Shown here: positions 43,367-53,337 of the stretch, piece by piece
Position numbering within the stretch: position 1 is the first letter of the stretch
How the letters are laid out: each line of letters starts with the position of its first letter
From: Candidatus Limnocylindrales bacterium
GTDB taxonomy: Bacteria; Chloroflexota; Limnocylindria; Limnocylindrales; CSP1-4
Assembly: GCA_044449785.1 (NCBI GenBank)
Contig: JBIOII010000003.1
Span: forward strand, 1 to 61,659
DNA: 61,659 nt
Direction: 5' to 3'
Notes under the pieces: generated by a model
Databases searched by the model: none
Seen by the model: only the letters and a program-made list of their open reading frames with translations
What the model was told of the DNA's origin: nothing
Program-made: the position numbers and the translations under genes

Positions 43367-46234
43367 TCAGCTCAGGCGCATCCGCCGCGATATCCACCGC
43401 CCGCGGCGATTCCTTCGCAGACCAAACATCGCGAGCGGCAGCGGGGCGACGAGCGCCGCGGTAGGAGTTGGCGATGGCGTTCGAGACGGGGTAGGCGAAG
43501 CCGTCGGCGTTGCCGTGGGCGCCGGTGTGGGCGTCGGAGCCGCGGTCGGCGTCGGGGTCGGCGTTGGCGTCGGGACGGGCGTGGGCGTGGTGCTGGGCGA
43601 CGGCGGAGGCGTGCTGGTGTTCGAGGTGCAGTACGTCGTGGGCGGGAATGGCGCGCCCCAGGTCTGCCCGAAGGGCGTCCAGAAGCCGATCTGGTAGAAG
43701 TACATGGTGGCCCCGTTGTTTGGCCCACCTCGCTTCCCGACGCCTTGCTGCGCCCGGGCTATCCAGATCGCGTCGTACTTTTGCCAGGTGGGATTGTTCG
43801 CGTCCACCTGGCTCAGATCCAGGAAACCCTTCGTGTCCTTCGTGCCGGGGCAGTCGTACGTCCAGAGCGTGTTGGTCACGGTGTCGATGTCGACGGACGT
43901 CTTGGTGTTGTCAACCTGCGTCGGAACAGTGCCGTTCACGAATACTTCGCGGACGGTCTGAGTGGTGTAGGGGCCGGGGAGCATGCCGCTGTTCGCGTCG
44001 ACGGTGGCCCAGGTCACGCCGTCGGGCTGCTTGAAGTCGGTCACCGGCGTTCCGGCCGTGACGTCCGTCATGAACGCATGCCAGATCGGGGCGGCCATCT
44101 CGAGCGACATCACGCTGTGGCCCGGGGCGTTGTCGCTGTTGCCCGCCCAGACGCCGGCAACGATGGCCGGCTGTCCGGGGTCGGTCGGCGGCGCCACGTA
44201 ACCCACGGCGAAGAGGTCCTGGGTCTGGTCGCTTGTCCCCGTCTTCAACGTTGCGGGTCGCCGGGTGGTACCCGACATAATCTTGTACTGGCTCCACCAG
44301 TTGTTCTGAGCCGGATCGGTGTTGCCGGCGAGGATGTTCGTGACGACGTAGCTGGCGGCCGGCGTCGAAGGGTGTGTCGTCGTCGGTACCTGGAGCGGCA
44401 CCACCGAATTCCCCTTGGCGTCGGTGATGGAGATGATCGTGTTGCGCTGGACCAGCGAGCCCGCGTCGGCGATGGCGCCGTATGCCGAGACGAGGTCGGC
44501 TGGATGGACCTCTACCGTGCCGATGCCTATCGAGACGCCGGGGTTTGTGTTCGGCGGGAATTGCAGGCCGAAGTCCTGGGCACGAGCTATGACGTGGGAG
44601 ACGCCGTTGATCGCCGCAGCCTTGACGGCCGGAATGTTCAGCGAGTACTGCAGTGCTTCCCGCAGACGAACCGGGCCCCGCTCAAATCCGTCCGCGTCGT
44701 GCGGTATATAGCCGCCGCCGAAATCGGTGGCCACGTCCATGAACAGACTGGCCGCGGTCATCGCGCCATCCTGGATGCCGATCAGGTAGTCGATTGGCTT
44801 GAACGACGACCCCGGTTGTCGCCCGTTGCCGGACGAGAGGACATCGTACTCGGGGTCGAAGTAGTCCTGGCCCTTTGCGCCGGGATCCGGGATCGTCTTC
44901 TCATAGAAGCCGGCGCTGCCTGCATACGCCAGAACCTGCCCCGTGCGGTAGTCGACCGCGATCAGCGCACCGTTGTGGATGTTGCCGTTCCTCAGACCCA
45001 CGCTGCTCGTGGAGCTCGGACCGATGATCCGGGTGTAGTCGTACGAATCGGTCTTCGACGTGATCCCGAGCGCGGCCAGGTAGTTGATGTCGTCGGCCAG
45101 CGTCGCCTGGTTGGGGCCGAAGACGTAGGCCTTGAGCCACTTCTCGGCCGACGCCTGCATCTTGGCGTCTAGCGTCGTGATGACCTTGTAGCCGCCGGTG
45201 TCGACGGCCTCACAATCGGCCGGGTCTGTGCCCTGGCCGCAGAGCAGGTCGGCGAGCTGCTGCCGCACGAGCAGGTCGAATTGGGGAGCGATCATCTGGG
45301 CCTGGGGAGCGGGGTGGAGGATGACCGGCTCGGATTCGGCGGCGACGATAGCCGCGTCGTCGTACTTGCCTTCCAGGAGGCCGTCGTCGTTGTTGCGGCG
45401 CATGTCTTCTAGGATCGTGTTGCGGCGCAAGACGATCGGGGACTCGGGCGGGACTACCAGGGTCCCGTCAGTCTGTGGGACGGCGTTGGCCACGAGGTCG
45501 TAGGCCGACGGCGCCTGGAGAATGCCCGCCAGGATGGCGGCCTGCGCGATTGTCAGCTTGCTCAGGTCCGTGATCCCGAAGTAGCCCTGGGCGGCCGCGG
45601 CGACACCGTAGCTCTGGTTGCCGTAGAAGTTGAGGTTCAGGTAGGCGGTGATGATCGCCTGCTTACCTTCGAGCCCCGGGTATTCCTGCGTCAGTCGAAC
45701 CGACTGGATGATCTCCTTGATCTTGCGATCGACGGTGCTGGTCGTGGGAGGGAGGAGCTTGGCCCGGACGAGCTGCTGGGTGATCGTCGAGGCGCCGCGC
45801 GGGGTCCCCGAGATGGCGTCGCGGACGGCCGAAAGAATTGCGGCAGGATCGAAGCCGGTGTTGGACCAGAAGGTCTTGTCTTCGGTGCTGGTGGTCGTAT
45901 CCAGGACGACGTTCGGAATATCCGAGAACTGCAGAACCCGACGGTTCTCGGAGCCGAAGGCGGCGAGCTGGACAGTCCCGGTTCGGTCGTACAGGACTGT
46001 TTGCTGGTTGTATTGGATGGCCTCGAGAAGCTGCTTCGGGTCCTGGAGGTCCTTGCTGTACGCGGAATAGACCTCGACGGTGCCGACAAATGCAACCAGG
46101 CTGAGCCCGAGGAAGGTAGCGAGCAGGAAGAGGGGCAGGATTACGGCGATCCGGCTGCCGGTTCCACCGGCCGGGCCGTGGGAGCCCGAGTGGCGGCGGC
46201 GGCGGCGTTCGCGTCGGGCTAGGCTGGTCTGCAT
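43367..46234 (-). CDS. Class A penicillin-binding protein (transglycosylase/transpeptidase)
   Basis: GT51 motifs EDKTFW, GASTITQQ, RKIKE, YLN..FYG; TP motifs SSFK, SLN, KTGT; N-terminal TM; C-terminal PT repeat. Confidence 0.95.
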   Translation of the reverse strand: MQTSLARRERRRRRHSGSHGPAGGTGSRIAVILPLFLLATFLGLSLVAFVGTVEVYSAYSKDLQDPKQLLEAIQYNQQTVLYDRTGTVQLAAFGSENRRVLQFSDIPNVVLDTTTSTEDKTFWSNTGFDPAAILSAVRDAISGTPRGASTITQQLVRAKLLPPTTSTVDRKIKEIIQSVRLTQEYPGLEGKQAIITAYLNLNFYGNQSYGVAAAAQGYFGITDLSKLTIAQAAILAGILQAPSAYDLVANAVPQTDGTLVVPPESPIVLRRNTILEDMRRNNDDGLLEGKYDDAAIVAAESEPVILHPAPQAQMIAPQFDLLVRQQLADLLCGQGTDPADCEAVDTGGYKVITTLDAKMQASAEKWLKAYVFGPNQATLADDINYLAALGITSKTDSYDYTRIIGPSSTSSVGLRNGNIHNGALIAVDYRTGQVLAYAGSAGFYEKTIPDPGAKGQDYFDPEYDVLSSGNGRQPGSSFKPIDYLIGIQDGAMTAASLFMDVATDFGGGYIPHDADGFERGPVRLREALQYSLNIPAVKAAAINGVSHVIARAQDFGLQFPPNTNPGVSIGIGTVEVHPADLVSAYGAIADAGSLVQRNTIISITDAKGNSVVPLQVPTTTHPSTPAASYVVTNILAGNTDPAQNNWWSQYKIMSGTTRRPATLKTGTSDQTQDLFAVGYVAPPTDPGQPAIVAGVWAGNSDNAPGHSVMSLEMAAPIWHAFMTDVTAGTPVTDFKQPDGVTWATVDANSGMLPGPYTTQTVREVFVNGTVPTQVDNTKTSVDIDTVTNTLWTYDCPGTKDTKGFLDLSQVDANNPTWQKYDAIWIARAQQGVGKRGGPNNGATMYFYQIGFWTPFGQTWGAPFPPTTYCTSNTSTPPPSPSTTPTPVPTPTPTPTPTAAPTPTPAPTATPTASPTPSRTPSPTPTAALVAPLPLAMFGLRRNRRGRWISRRMRLS
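43458..43620 (-). repeat. Pro/Thr low-complexity coding repeat (PTPT linker) in the PBP C-terminus
   Basis: Degenerate ggcgt(c/t/g) hexamer repeats encoding PTPTPTPT. Confidence 0.7.
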
Positions 46235-46344
46235 GGCGGCTCGCAAGATAGCATAGGTACGTGGGCGGACGATCCACCCCCTCCCGCCGGGGCTTCGGAC
46301 GGGCAGCCGCCGCGCGGCGTGACGACAAGGAGCGGATTACGCCG

Positions 46345-47670
46345 ATGACGCTGCCTGGCGAGACCCACCGTGCAGACAGGCCAAACCTTGCCGCAGGGCT
46401 CCCGGGGCTGCTCGATGAGCTGCGCTGGCGGGGCATGCTCCACCAGACCAGCCACGGCCTCGCGGAACGCTTCGACACGGGCGAACCCATCAAGGGCTAC
46501 AACGGTTTCGATCCGACGGGCCCATCGCTCCATATCGGGCACCTCGTCCCGATCTTCGGGCTGATCCATCTCCAGCGTGCGGGCGGCACGCCGATCGTGG
46601 TGGTGGGCGGCGGTACGGCGATGATCGGCGATCCGTCGGGGCGGTCGGCCGAGCGGTTGCTCCTCAGCAGGCCAACGGTGGAGGAGAACGTCGTAGGGAT
46701 CCAGGGCCAGCTGACGAAGTTCCTCGACTTCGACGGGCCGAACGGCGCCGAGGTCGTGGACAACTACGAGTGGCTCAGCTCGTACTCGCTGCTGCGCTTC
46801 CTGCGCGACGTCGGCAAGCACCTGACGGTGCCGTACATGCTCTCCAAGGATTCGGTCCAGATCCGGCTCGGCGCGGGCCTCAGCTTCACCGAGTTCAGCT
46901 ACATGCTTCTCCAGGCGGCGGACTTCCTGCACTTGTACCGCGCCGGCGGCGTGGAGCTCCAGATGGGCGGCGCCGATCAATGGGGCAACATCACCGCCGG
47001 ACTCGAGTTGATCCGCAAGGAGTTCGGGGCTGGAGACGGGCAGGACCTCGCCTACGGCATGAGCTACCCGCTGCTGACCAACGAGAGCGGCACGAAGTTT
47101 GGCAAGACCGCTGCCGGAACAAGCGTATGGCTCGACCCGGCGAAGACCAGCCCGTTTGCGTTCTACCAGTACTGGCTCGACGCCGACGACCGCGATGTCG
47201 GCAAGTACCTGCGCACCTTCACCCTCTTCGACCGGAGCAAGGTCGAGTCGCTGGAGGCCGAGCAGGCGGCCCACCCCGAGACCCGCGTCGCCCAGAAGGC
47301 GGTCGGGTACGACCTGACCGTTCGGGTCCACGGCGAGGAGGAGGCGCGAAAGGCTGTCCGGGTCAGCGAGGCGGCGTTCTCGAAGGACTCGATCCGCGAT
47401 CCGGAAGTGCTCGCCACTCTCTTCGAGGCGATCGACAGCTTCGAGTTCACGGCCGACGACCTTGCCGGCGGCGCGCTGCGCATCGCCGTCGCCAGCGGCC
47501 AGTACTCGTCGAACGGCGAGGCTCGCCGGGCAATCACGCAGGGCGGTCTCACGATCAACGACGAGCGTGTCGCGGCCCCCGAGGACGCCGTCCCGACCCC
47601 GATCCACGACCGCTACCTTGTTCTGCGGGCCGGCAAGAAGAGCCTCCGCATCGGCCGTTTGAAGACCTGA
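46345..47670 (+). CDS. tyrS: Tyrosyl-tRNA synthetase
   Basis: GFDPTGPSLHIGH, TEFSYMLLQAADF, GGADQWGNI, KFGKT, C-terminal S4 domain; ATG 46345 after AAGGAG. Confidence 0.97.
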   Translation: MTLPGETHRADRPNLAAGLPGLLDELRWRGMLHQTSHGLAERFDTGEPIKGYNGFDPTGPSLHIGHLVPIFGLIHLQRAGGTPIVVVGGGTAMIGDPSGRSAERLLLSRPTVEENVVGIQGQLTKFLDFDGPNGAEVVDNYEWLSSYSLLRFLRDVGKHLTVPYMLSKDSVQIRLGAGLSFTEFSYMLLQAADFLHLYRAGGVELQMGGADQWGNITAGLELIRKEFGAGDGQDLAYGMSYPLLTNESGTKFGKTAAGTSVWLDPAKTSPFAFYQYWLDADDRDVGKYLRTFTLFDRSKVESLEAEQAAHPETRVAQKAVGYDLTVRVHGEEEARKAVRVSEAAFSKDSIRDPEVLATLFEAIDSFEFTADDLAGGALRIAVASGQYSSNGEARRAITQGGLTINDERVAAPEDAVPTPIHDRYLVLRAGKKSLRIGRLKT

Positions 47671-47681
47671 GGCCGGGGGTC

Positions 47682-48047
47682 CTAGAGGTTGGCGGGCGCC
47701 GGAGGAGCCGCTGCGGGTGTCTGCGCCTGCGCTGCCCATTGTTGAAGCGTCCCGACGAGGTGCGCGCAGAACTTGTCCACGTCGTTGCGGCAGGCCCAGC
47801 CCTGGATCGGCCCGATCATGAAACTGTTGCCCACGACCTTCACGATGGCCGCTCCATCCGAGCCCCACAGTTCCAGCCGGATATCGACCGGGTAGCCTAT
47901 CAGTCGAAGCCAGCCTCCCTTGGCTACCAGGACCTGCGGGGTCTGCTGGGCGACCCTCTTGCCGACGGCCACGGCAGCCAGAGCCGCGGCGGGAACGACG
48001 GCCATCAGCGGCGCCGGCAAGGTGAAACTCGTTTCGTACTTGGCCAT
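47682..48047 (-). CDS. Small hypothetical protein
   Basis: GAGGAGG SD directly upstream of ATG 48047; no family recognised. Confidence 0.6.
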   Translation of the reverse strand: MAKYETSFTLPAPLMAVVPAAALAAVAVGKRVAQQTPQVLVAKGGWLRLIGYPVDIRLELWGSDGAAIVKVVGNSFMIGPIQGWACRNDVDKFCAHLVGTLQQWAAQAQTPAAAPPAPANL

Positions 48048-48131
48048 CTTGCCTCCTCGTCTCCCGGTCCAGGAAGGATCCCAGAGGCGCCGAGTCTACA
48101 TGGGTCCGCGAAGGCTTTGTGGTGGGTCGCT

Positions 48132-48836
48132 CTACCGGCGGTGGCGCTCGCGGAGGCGGGTGATGACGGCCGCCGGAGGGAGGCCGCGCTCGCGGAGCAG
48201 CACCAGGGTGTGATACAGCAGGTCGGCGACCTCGCCGGTGAGTGCTTCGCGAGTGGCGGATCGTGATTCGGTCGTGGCTACGGCGTCGTCCTTCGCCGCC
48301 ATCAGCACCTCCGTGGCCTCTTCGGCGACCTTACGCGACGCGCCGTCAACCCCCGTCGCGAGTAGCCGGGCGGTATATGAGCTGGCCGGATCGGCGGCTG
48401 CGCGAGCATCGATGGTCGCCCACAAAGTCTCGAGCCACTCGAAGCCCTGCTCGTCCGATAGTGCGGCGGCCGCCGTTGTGCGCCCGCCGACGGCCGGCGT
48501 GACTACGGCTCCCGCAGGATCGAAGCAGCTCCGGGTGTTGCGATGGCATGTGGGGCCGCTCGGATCGACCTGGAACAGCAGCGCATCGCCGTCGCAGTCG
48601 AGCGACACGTCGACGAGCCGCAGGGTGTTGCCGCTCATCTCGCCCTTGCGCCACAGGCGGTCGCGCGACCTGGAGTGGAAATGGACCTCGCCGGTGGTCA
48701 GCGTAGATGCGAGCGCCTCGGCATCGACGTACGCAACCATCAGGACGCGCCCGTCAGAAGGATCCTGGACCACCGCCGGGACCAGCCCGCTCGGCCCCCA
48801 GGCCACTTCGCCTTCCGAAACCCGTCTGCCGATCAC
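48132..48836 (-). CDS. hisIE: Bifunctional phosphoribosyl-AMP cyclohydrolase/phosphoribosyl-ATP pyrophosphatase
   Basis: FHSRSR..LWRKGEMSGN, DCDGDAL, TCH..SCF, SSYT, KVAEEATE, EVADLLYH; GTG 48836 overlaps hisF stop. Confidence 0.95.
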   Translation of the reverse strand: MIGRRVSEGEVAWGPSGLVPAVVQDPSDGRVLMVAYVDAEALASTLTTGEVHFHSRSRDRLWRKGEMSGNTLRLVDVSLDCDGDALLFQVDPSGPTCHRNTRSCFDPAGAVVTPAVGGRTTAAAALSDEQGFEWLETLWATIDARAAADPASSYTARLLATGVDGASRKVAEEATEVLMAAKDDAVATTESRSATREALTGEVADLLYHTLVLLRERGLPPAAVITRLRERHRR

Positions 48837-49624
48837 GAGACCGACTCCTCTATCCGGCGGACCGGCAATCCGGCCGCCTCCATGGCTGTCTTTACGTCCG
48901 CAATCGAGTACGTCCGATGATGGAAGATCGATGCGGCAAGCACGGCGTCGGCCTTCCCGTCGCGAACCGCAGCAACGAAGTCGTCCGGGCCCGCGGCGCC
49001 GCCGGAGGCGATCACCGGCACCCGCACCCGTGTCGCTATCGCGGCGAGGAGCTCCGTGTCGAAACCGCTGAGGGTTCCGTCGCGGTCCATCGATGTCACG
49101 AGCAGCTCGCCGGCGCCCAGCTCGACGACTTGCTGGGCCCATACCACTGCCTCGAGGTCGGTCGGCCGTCGCCCGCCGTGCGTGACCACCTCCCACCGGG
49201 TGCGGGCGCCGTCAGCCGCCGGCAGCCGCCGGGCGTCGATCGCGCAAACGACCGCCTGGCTGCCGAATCTCGCGGCACACGCGGTCAACAGCGCCGGCTC
49301 GGCGACGGCCGCGGTATTGAAGGAGACCTTGTCGGCGCCGGCCCTCAGCACGTCGCGCATCTCATCCACGGTGCGCACTCCGCCGCCGACAGTAAGTGGA
49401 ACGAAAGCCCGCGACGCCGTCCGGCGCACGACCTCGAGCATCGTGCCGCGCCGCTCGTGGGCCGCGGTGATATCCAGAAACACGATCTCGTCGGCGCCTT
49501 CTCGCGCATAGCGCTCCGCCAGTTCCGCCGGATCACCTTCGTCGGTCAGGTTGACGAACTTCGTGCCCTTGACGACGCGGCCCTTGGCGACGTCGAGGCA
49601 CGGGATCACTCGCCGCGCCAGCAT
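48833..49624 (-). CDS. hisF: Imidazole glycerol phosphate synthase cyclase subunit
   Basis: RVIPCLDV, GADEIVFLDITA, GADKVSFNTAA, TSMDRDGT, ASGGAA, ASIFH. Confidence 0.97.
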   Translation of the reverse strand: MLARRVIPCLDVAKGRVVKGTKFVNLTDEGDPAELAERYAREGADEIVFLDITAAHERRGTMLEVVRRTASRAFVPLTVGGGVRTVDEMRDVLRAGADKVSFNTAAVAEPALLTACAARFGSQAVVCAIDARRLPAADGARTRWEVVTHGGRRPTDLEAVVWAQQVVELGAGELLVTSMDRDGTLSGFDTELLAAIATRVRVPVIASGGAAGPDDFVAAVRDGKADAVLAASIFHHRTYSIADVKTAMEAAGLPVRRIEESVS

Positions 49625-50289
49625 CAGGCCGCCCCGCTCGCCGCTTGAGTGGCCGGAGATTGACCGGCAGTCGCAGAAACGAGACTCGCGAAATTGCCGA
49701 GCAGCCGCAGACCGGCATCAGACGACTTCTCCGGGTGAAACTGAAGCCCGTAGAGAGAACCGCGCGCGACGGCGCTGGCGAATGGCCGGCCGTGCGTGGT
49801 GGTGGCCAGAACGATGCTCCGGTCGACCGGCTGCGGGGCGTAGGAATGGACGAAGTAGAAGAACGAGCCATCCGGAATGCCGTCGAACAGCGGGTGGTTG
49901 CGCGCGAATTCGACCGAGTTCCAGCCGATGTGAGGCAGCGTCGGCGCGTCGACCAGACCGACCGTCCGGCCCGGCAGGAGGCCGAGCGTCAGAGCTCCGC
50001 CCTCTTCGCTGACGTCGAACAGGAGCTGGTAGCCGAGGCAGATCCCCAGGCATGGCTTCCCGGCCAGGATCCAGGCACGGAGCGGCTCGAGCAGCCCTCG
50101 ATCGCGCAGGTGGTCCGTGGCCGGGCCCGCCGCGCCGACGCCCGGCACGACCAGAGCGTCGACGCCGGCGAAGGCTGAGGACTCGGCGGCCACCCCGACC
50201 TCGGCCCCGACTGCGGCCAGTGCTCTGGTGATGCTGACCATGTTCGCGGCCCCGTAATCGAGGACCGCGACCTTGACGGCGCCGCTCAT
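49624..50289 (-). CDS. hisH: Imidazole glycerol phosphate synthase glutaminase subunit
   Basis: DYGAAN, PGVGA, GICLG, PHIGWN, YFVHSY, QFHPEKS. Confidence 0.96.
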   Translation of the reverse strand: MSGAVKVAVLDYGAANMVSITRALAAVGAEVGVAAESSAFAGVDALVVPGVGAAGPATDHLRDRGLLEPLRAWILAGKPCLGICLGYQLLFDVSEEGGALTLGLLPGRTVGLVDAPTLPHIGWNSVEFARNHPLFDGIPDGSFFYFVHSYAPQPVDRSIVLATTTHGRPFASAVARGSLYGLQFHPEKSSDAGLRLLGNFASLVSATAGQSPATQAASGAA

Positions 50290-50906
50290 CCGAGCGAGCC
50301 CTTCGTGGACCCCGGCCCGAGGCGCCGCGGATCGACTGCCACCGCCGCGCTGAGCGCCCTGCCCAGCGCCTTGAAGGCGGCCTCGGCGAGGTGGTGGTCG
50401 TTGCGGCCCCTGCCCTTGACGTTGAGCGTTACGCCCCCGGCGCGTGCGAGCGATTCGAGCGAGTGTTCGATCAGCTCGAGCGGGAGCCTGCCCGCTCGCT
50501 TGCCCCGAAACGGCAGGTCCACGACGGCATACGGCCGGCCGCCGACGTCGACGACCGCGGTGGCGACGGATTCGTCCATCGGAACGGCAGCGTCGCCGAA
50601 GCGAACGATTCCGGAACGATCGCCGAGAGCCTGCGCGAGGGCCGCGCCGAGGGTCAGCGCCACGTCCTCGACCGTGTGGTGCTCGTCGATCACGAGATCG
50701 CCGCTGGCCTTGATATCCAGGTCGAACAGGGCGTGGTGGGCCAGTGAATTGAGCAAGTGGTCGTAGAACCCAACCCCAGTGTCGATTTCGGTCTCGCCGG
50801 CGCCATCAAGCTTGAGCGTGACCGTGATCTGGGTCTCCCGGGTCGAACGCGACACCGTTGCCCAGCGAGGACCTGAGGCTACTACCGATCCGATCTGGTT
50901 GCTCAT
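50286..50906 (-). CDS. hisB: Imidazoleglycerol-phosphate dehydratase
   Basis: RSTRETQI, FYDHLL, DEHHTVED, PMDES, NDHHLAEAAFKA. Confidence 0.96.
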   Translation of the reverse strand: MSNQIGSVVASGPRWATVSRSTRETQITVTLKLDGAGETEIDTGVGFYDHLLNSLAHHALFDLDIKASGDLVIDEHHTVEDVALTLGAALAQALGDRSGIVRFGDAAVPMDESVATAVVDVGGRPYAVVDLPFRGKRAGRLPLELIEHSLESLARAGGVTLNVKGRGRNDHHLAEAAFKALGRALSAAVAVDPRRLGPGSTKGSLG

Positions 50907-52006
50907 GCCGGAACTCCCGTGGCTGCTTCGATCAGGCGATCGTTCTCCGGCGCCGACCGAACCGTCAGCCGCAGACAGTCTGCGAGCGGGTGATCCGGAC
51001 CGAACGTGCGCGGCACGAGACCGCTCCGGAGCAGGGTCTCGGCGGCGCCTGCTGCGGACGCGATCGAGCCGAAGCGGATGAGAATGAAGTTCGCCTGCGA
51101 CGGGTACGGCCGCCAGCCGAGCGCGCCCAGATCCCTGGTCAGCCGGTCGCGTTGCTCGGAGATCCGGGCGACGTTCGCGGCGGCCAGCTCGGGCCGCCGT
51201 AGCGAGGCCGTGGCAAGGGCTGCCGAAACGGTGCCGACCGAGGCAGGGGCGCGGTAGGAGACGATCGGCGCAAGTGTCTCCGGCCTGGCGATCGCGAACC
51301 CGACCCGAGCGCCGGCCAGGGCGTGGGCCTTGCTCAAGGTCCGCACCACGACCAGCTTCGGGTAGTCGCGCCGGAGCTGGAGGACCGTGCGGCCCACGAA
51401 CTCGGAGTAGGCCTCGTCGACGGCGACGACCGGCGGGAAACGGCCGTCGCGTGCTGCGTCGGATTCGAGGACGGCCAAGAGCCTGGCGATACCCTCGGGC
51501 GGCTCGAAGGTCCCGGTCGGGTTGTTGGGCTCGCACAGCCACACTAGGTGGGCCGTTCTGGCGGCAGCGGCGAGGGCCGGGATGTCCAGCCCGAAGGCCG
51601 CGTCCGGGCCGAGACGCGGCACCGCCACCACGCTCGCCCCGCGCTGTTCGGAGACGATCCGGTACATCGCGTATGTCGGCGTGGCCACGACGGCGACCGA
51701 GCGCTCACGCAGAGTGGCTCGCGCGACCAGGTCCAGGGCTTCGTCGGCACCGGCCGTGGGCAGTACCTCGGCCGAGGCCACTCCATATGCCTCGGCCGCA
51801 GCTGCGACCAGCGGCGCATAGTCACTGGGCGGGTATTCGCACAGCGGCGGATCGAACGGCCCACCGAGCACGTCGCCCAGGTCCGGCGGGAGCGGCGAGG
51901 TGTTGACGTCGAATCGGACGATGGACTCGCGGGGCAGGCCGTATTTCGTCGCGAGGAAGTCGGTCGTCGGCTCCCAGGCGTAAGTGGGCGTGACAGTCGC
52001 GTTCAT
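50903..52006 (-). CDS. hisC: Histidinol-phosphate aminotransferase
   Basis: YP, GADEAL, PNNPTG, DEAY, RTLSKAHALAGARVG. Confidence 0.93.
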   Translation of the reverse strand: MNATVTPTYAWEPTTDFLATKYGLPRESIVRFDVNTSPLPPDLGDVLGGPFDPPLCEYPPSDYAPLVAAAAEAYGVASAEVLPTAGADEALDLVARATLRERSVAVVATPTYAMYRIVSEQRGASVVAVPRLGPDAAFGLDIPALAAAARTAHLVWLCEPNNPTGTFEPPEGIARLLAVLESDAARDGRFPPVVAVDEAYSEFVGRTVLQLRRDYPKLVVVRTLSKAHALAGARVGFAIARPETLAPIVSYRAPASVGTVSAALATASLRRPELAAANVARISEQRDRLTRDLGALGWRPYPSQANFILIRFGSIASAAGAAETLLRSGLVPRTFGPDHPLADCLRLTVRSAPENDRLIEAATGVPA

Positions 52007-53337
52007 TTGGCCCCCCCGAACCTGACCTCGACGGCCCGTTTGTGGGCGAACAAACCCTCGGCTTCGGCGATGGCCTCCACCGAGTCCCGGATAGCCGCGA
52101 GGCCCGAGCGCGTGATCCGCTGAATCTGGATGAACTTGCCGTAGCTCTCGGTGGAGAGCGCGCCGGAGCTACGGGCCAGACCGCCCGTCGGCAGGATGTG
52201 GTTCGCGCCCGACGCATAGTCGCCGGCCGACTCGGGCGCGTACGGGCCGACGAAGAGAGAGCCGGCATTTCGGAGCTGCGCCACGGCTTCTTCGACGTCC
52301 TCCACGACCACGGAGAGGTGCTCGGGGGCGTAGGCGTTCACGAAGCCGAGCGCGGCATCCCGATCGGGCGCGAGGATGATCAGCGCGCAACTCGCCAGGG
52401 AGCGCTCCAGGATGGGGCGTCGCGCAGCCGTAGCAAGCTGGACCTCGAGCTCCGCCTCGACGGCGGCGGCAAGGCCCGCGTCCCAGGTCACGAGCAGGGC
52501 AGGTGAGTCCGGACCGTGCTCTGCCTGTGAGAGCAGGTCCGCAGCAACGTGGCCCGGTTCCGCCGTGCCATCAGCGACGACCATCACCTCCGATGGGCCG
52601 GCCGGGAGGTCTATGCCGCAATCGCCGAATACCTCGAGCTTGGCAGCGGTTACCCACGCGTTGCCCGGGCCGACGATCCGGTCGACGGGCGCAACACCCG
52701 CATCCGGCAGACCGTACGCGAGCGCCCCTACGGCTTGCGCGCCGCCGGCGACGATGAACACGTCGACGCCCGCGAGGCCGGCCGCTCCAACGAGAGTGGC
52801 GTTGAGCCGGCCATCGGCGTCGGCCGGCGAGGCGACGACGATCGTGCCCACGCCGGCGACCCTGGCCGGAACCGCGCCCATCAACAGGGAGCTGGGGTAT
52901 GCGGCGGAACCACCCGGGGCGTAAACCCCGACGCGCGCCAGCGGAACCCAGCGCCGCTCGATCTCGACTCCCGGGACGATGGTTGTCGTTCGAGTTTCCG
53001 GCAGCTCCGTCTCCGCGAAGCGACGGATGTTCTCGATTATCTGCTCGAAGCCGGACCGAATGCGAGGCGGAAGCGCGTCTCGCGCCGCCTCCATCTCTGC
53101 GCGCGTGACGAGGAGGTCGCCGGCGGCGCGCCCACCGCCAAACCTGGCGTTGGCTTCCCGAACGGCGGCATCGCCGCCGAACTTGACCCGAGCCACGATG
53201 GCACGGGCGCCCTCCCGTACTCGTCCATCCGGCACGGCGCCGCGGCGTATCAGAGACCGGACCTCGGCCGCTACGGCCGGGTCGGAATCCGCACGCGCCA
53301 GATCGAGCCGACGCAGCCTCGCCGATGGGCTGTTCAT
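52003..53337 (-). CDS. hisD: Histidinol dehydrogenase
   Basis: YAPGG.AAYPSS, GGAQAVGALAYG, GPGNAWV, PAGPSE, LSQAEH, APEHL, YASGANHILPT. Confidence 0.96.
   Translation of the reverse strand: MNSPSARLRRLDLARADSDPAVAAEVRSLIRRGAVPDGRVREGARAIVARVKFGGDAAVREANARFGGGRAAGDLLVTRAEMEAARDALPPRIRSGFEQIIENIRRFAETELPETRTTTIVPGVEIERRWVPLARVGVYAPGGSAAYPSSLLMGAVPARVAGVGTIVVASPADADGRLNATLVGAAGLAGVDVFIVAGGAQAVGALAYGLPDAGVAPVDRIVGPGNAWVTAAKLEVFGDCGIDLPAGPSEVMVVADGTAEPGHVAADLLSQAEHGPDSPALLVTWDAGLAAAVEAELEVQLATAARRPILERSLASCALIILAPDRDAALGFVNAYAPEHLSVVVEDVEEAVAQLRNAGSLFVGPYAPESAGDYASGANHILPTGGLARSSGALSTESYGKFIQIQRITRSGLAAIRDSVEAIAEAEGLFAHKRAVEVRFGGAK

Noticed and set aside
43458-43620. Short tandem repeats as CRISPR or VNTR
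   Set aside because: Degenerate in-frame Pro/Thr coding repeats without spacers; no cas genes
43157-45172. 671-aa plus-strand ORF
   Set aside because: Antisense to the PBP; Arg/Gly-rich read-out of the PT repeat
46235-46344. T-box upstream of tyrS
   Set aside because: 110-bp divergent spacer without GGTGGNACC or specifier stem
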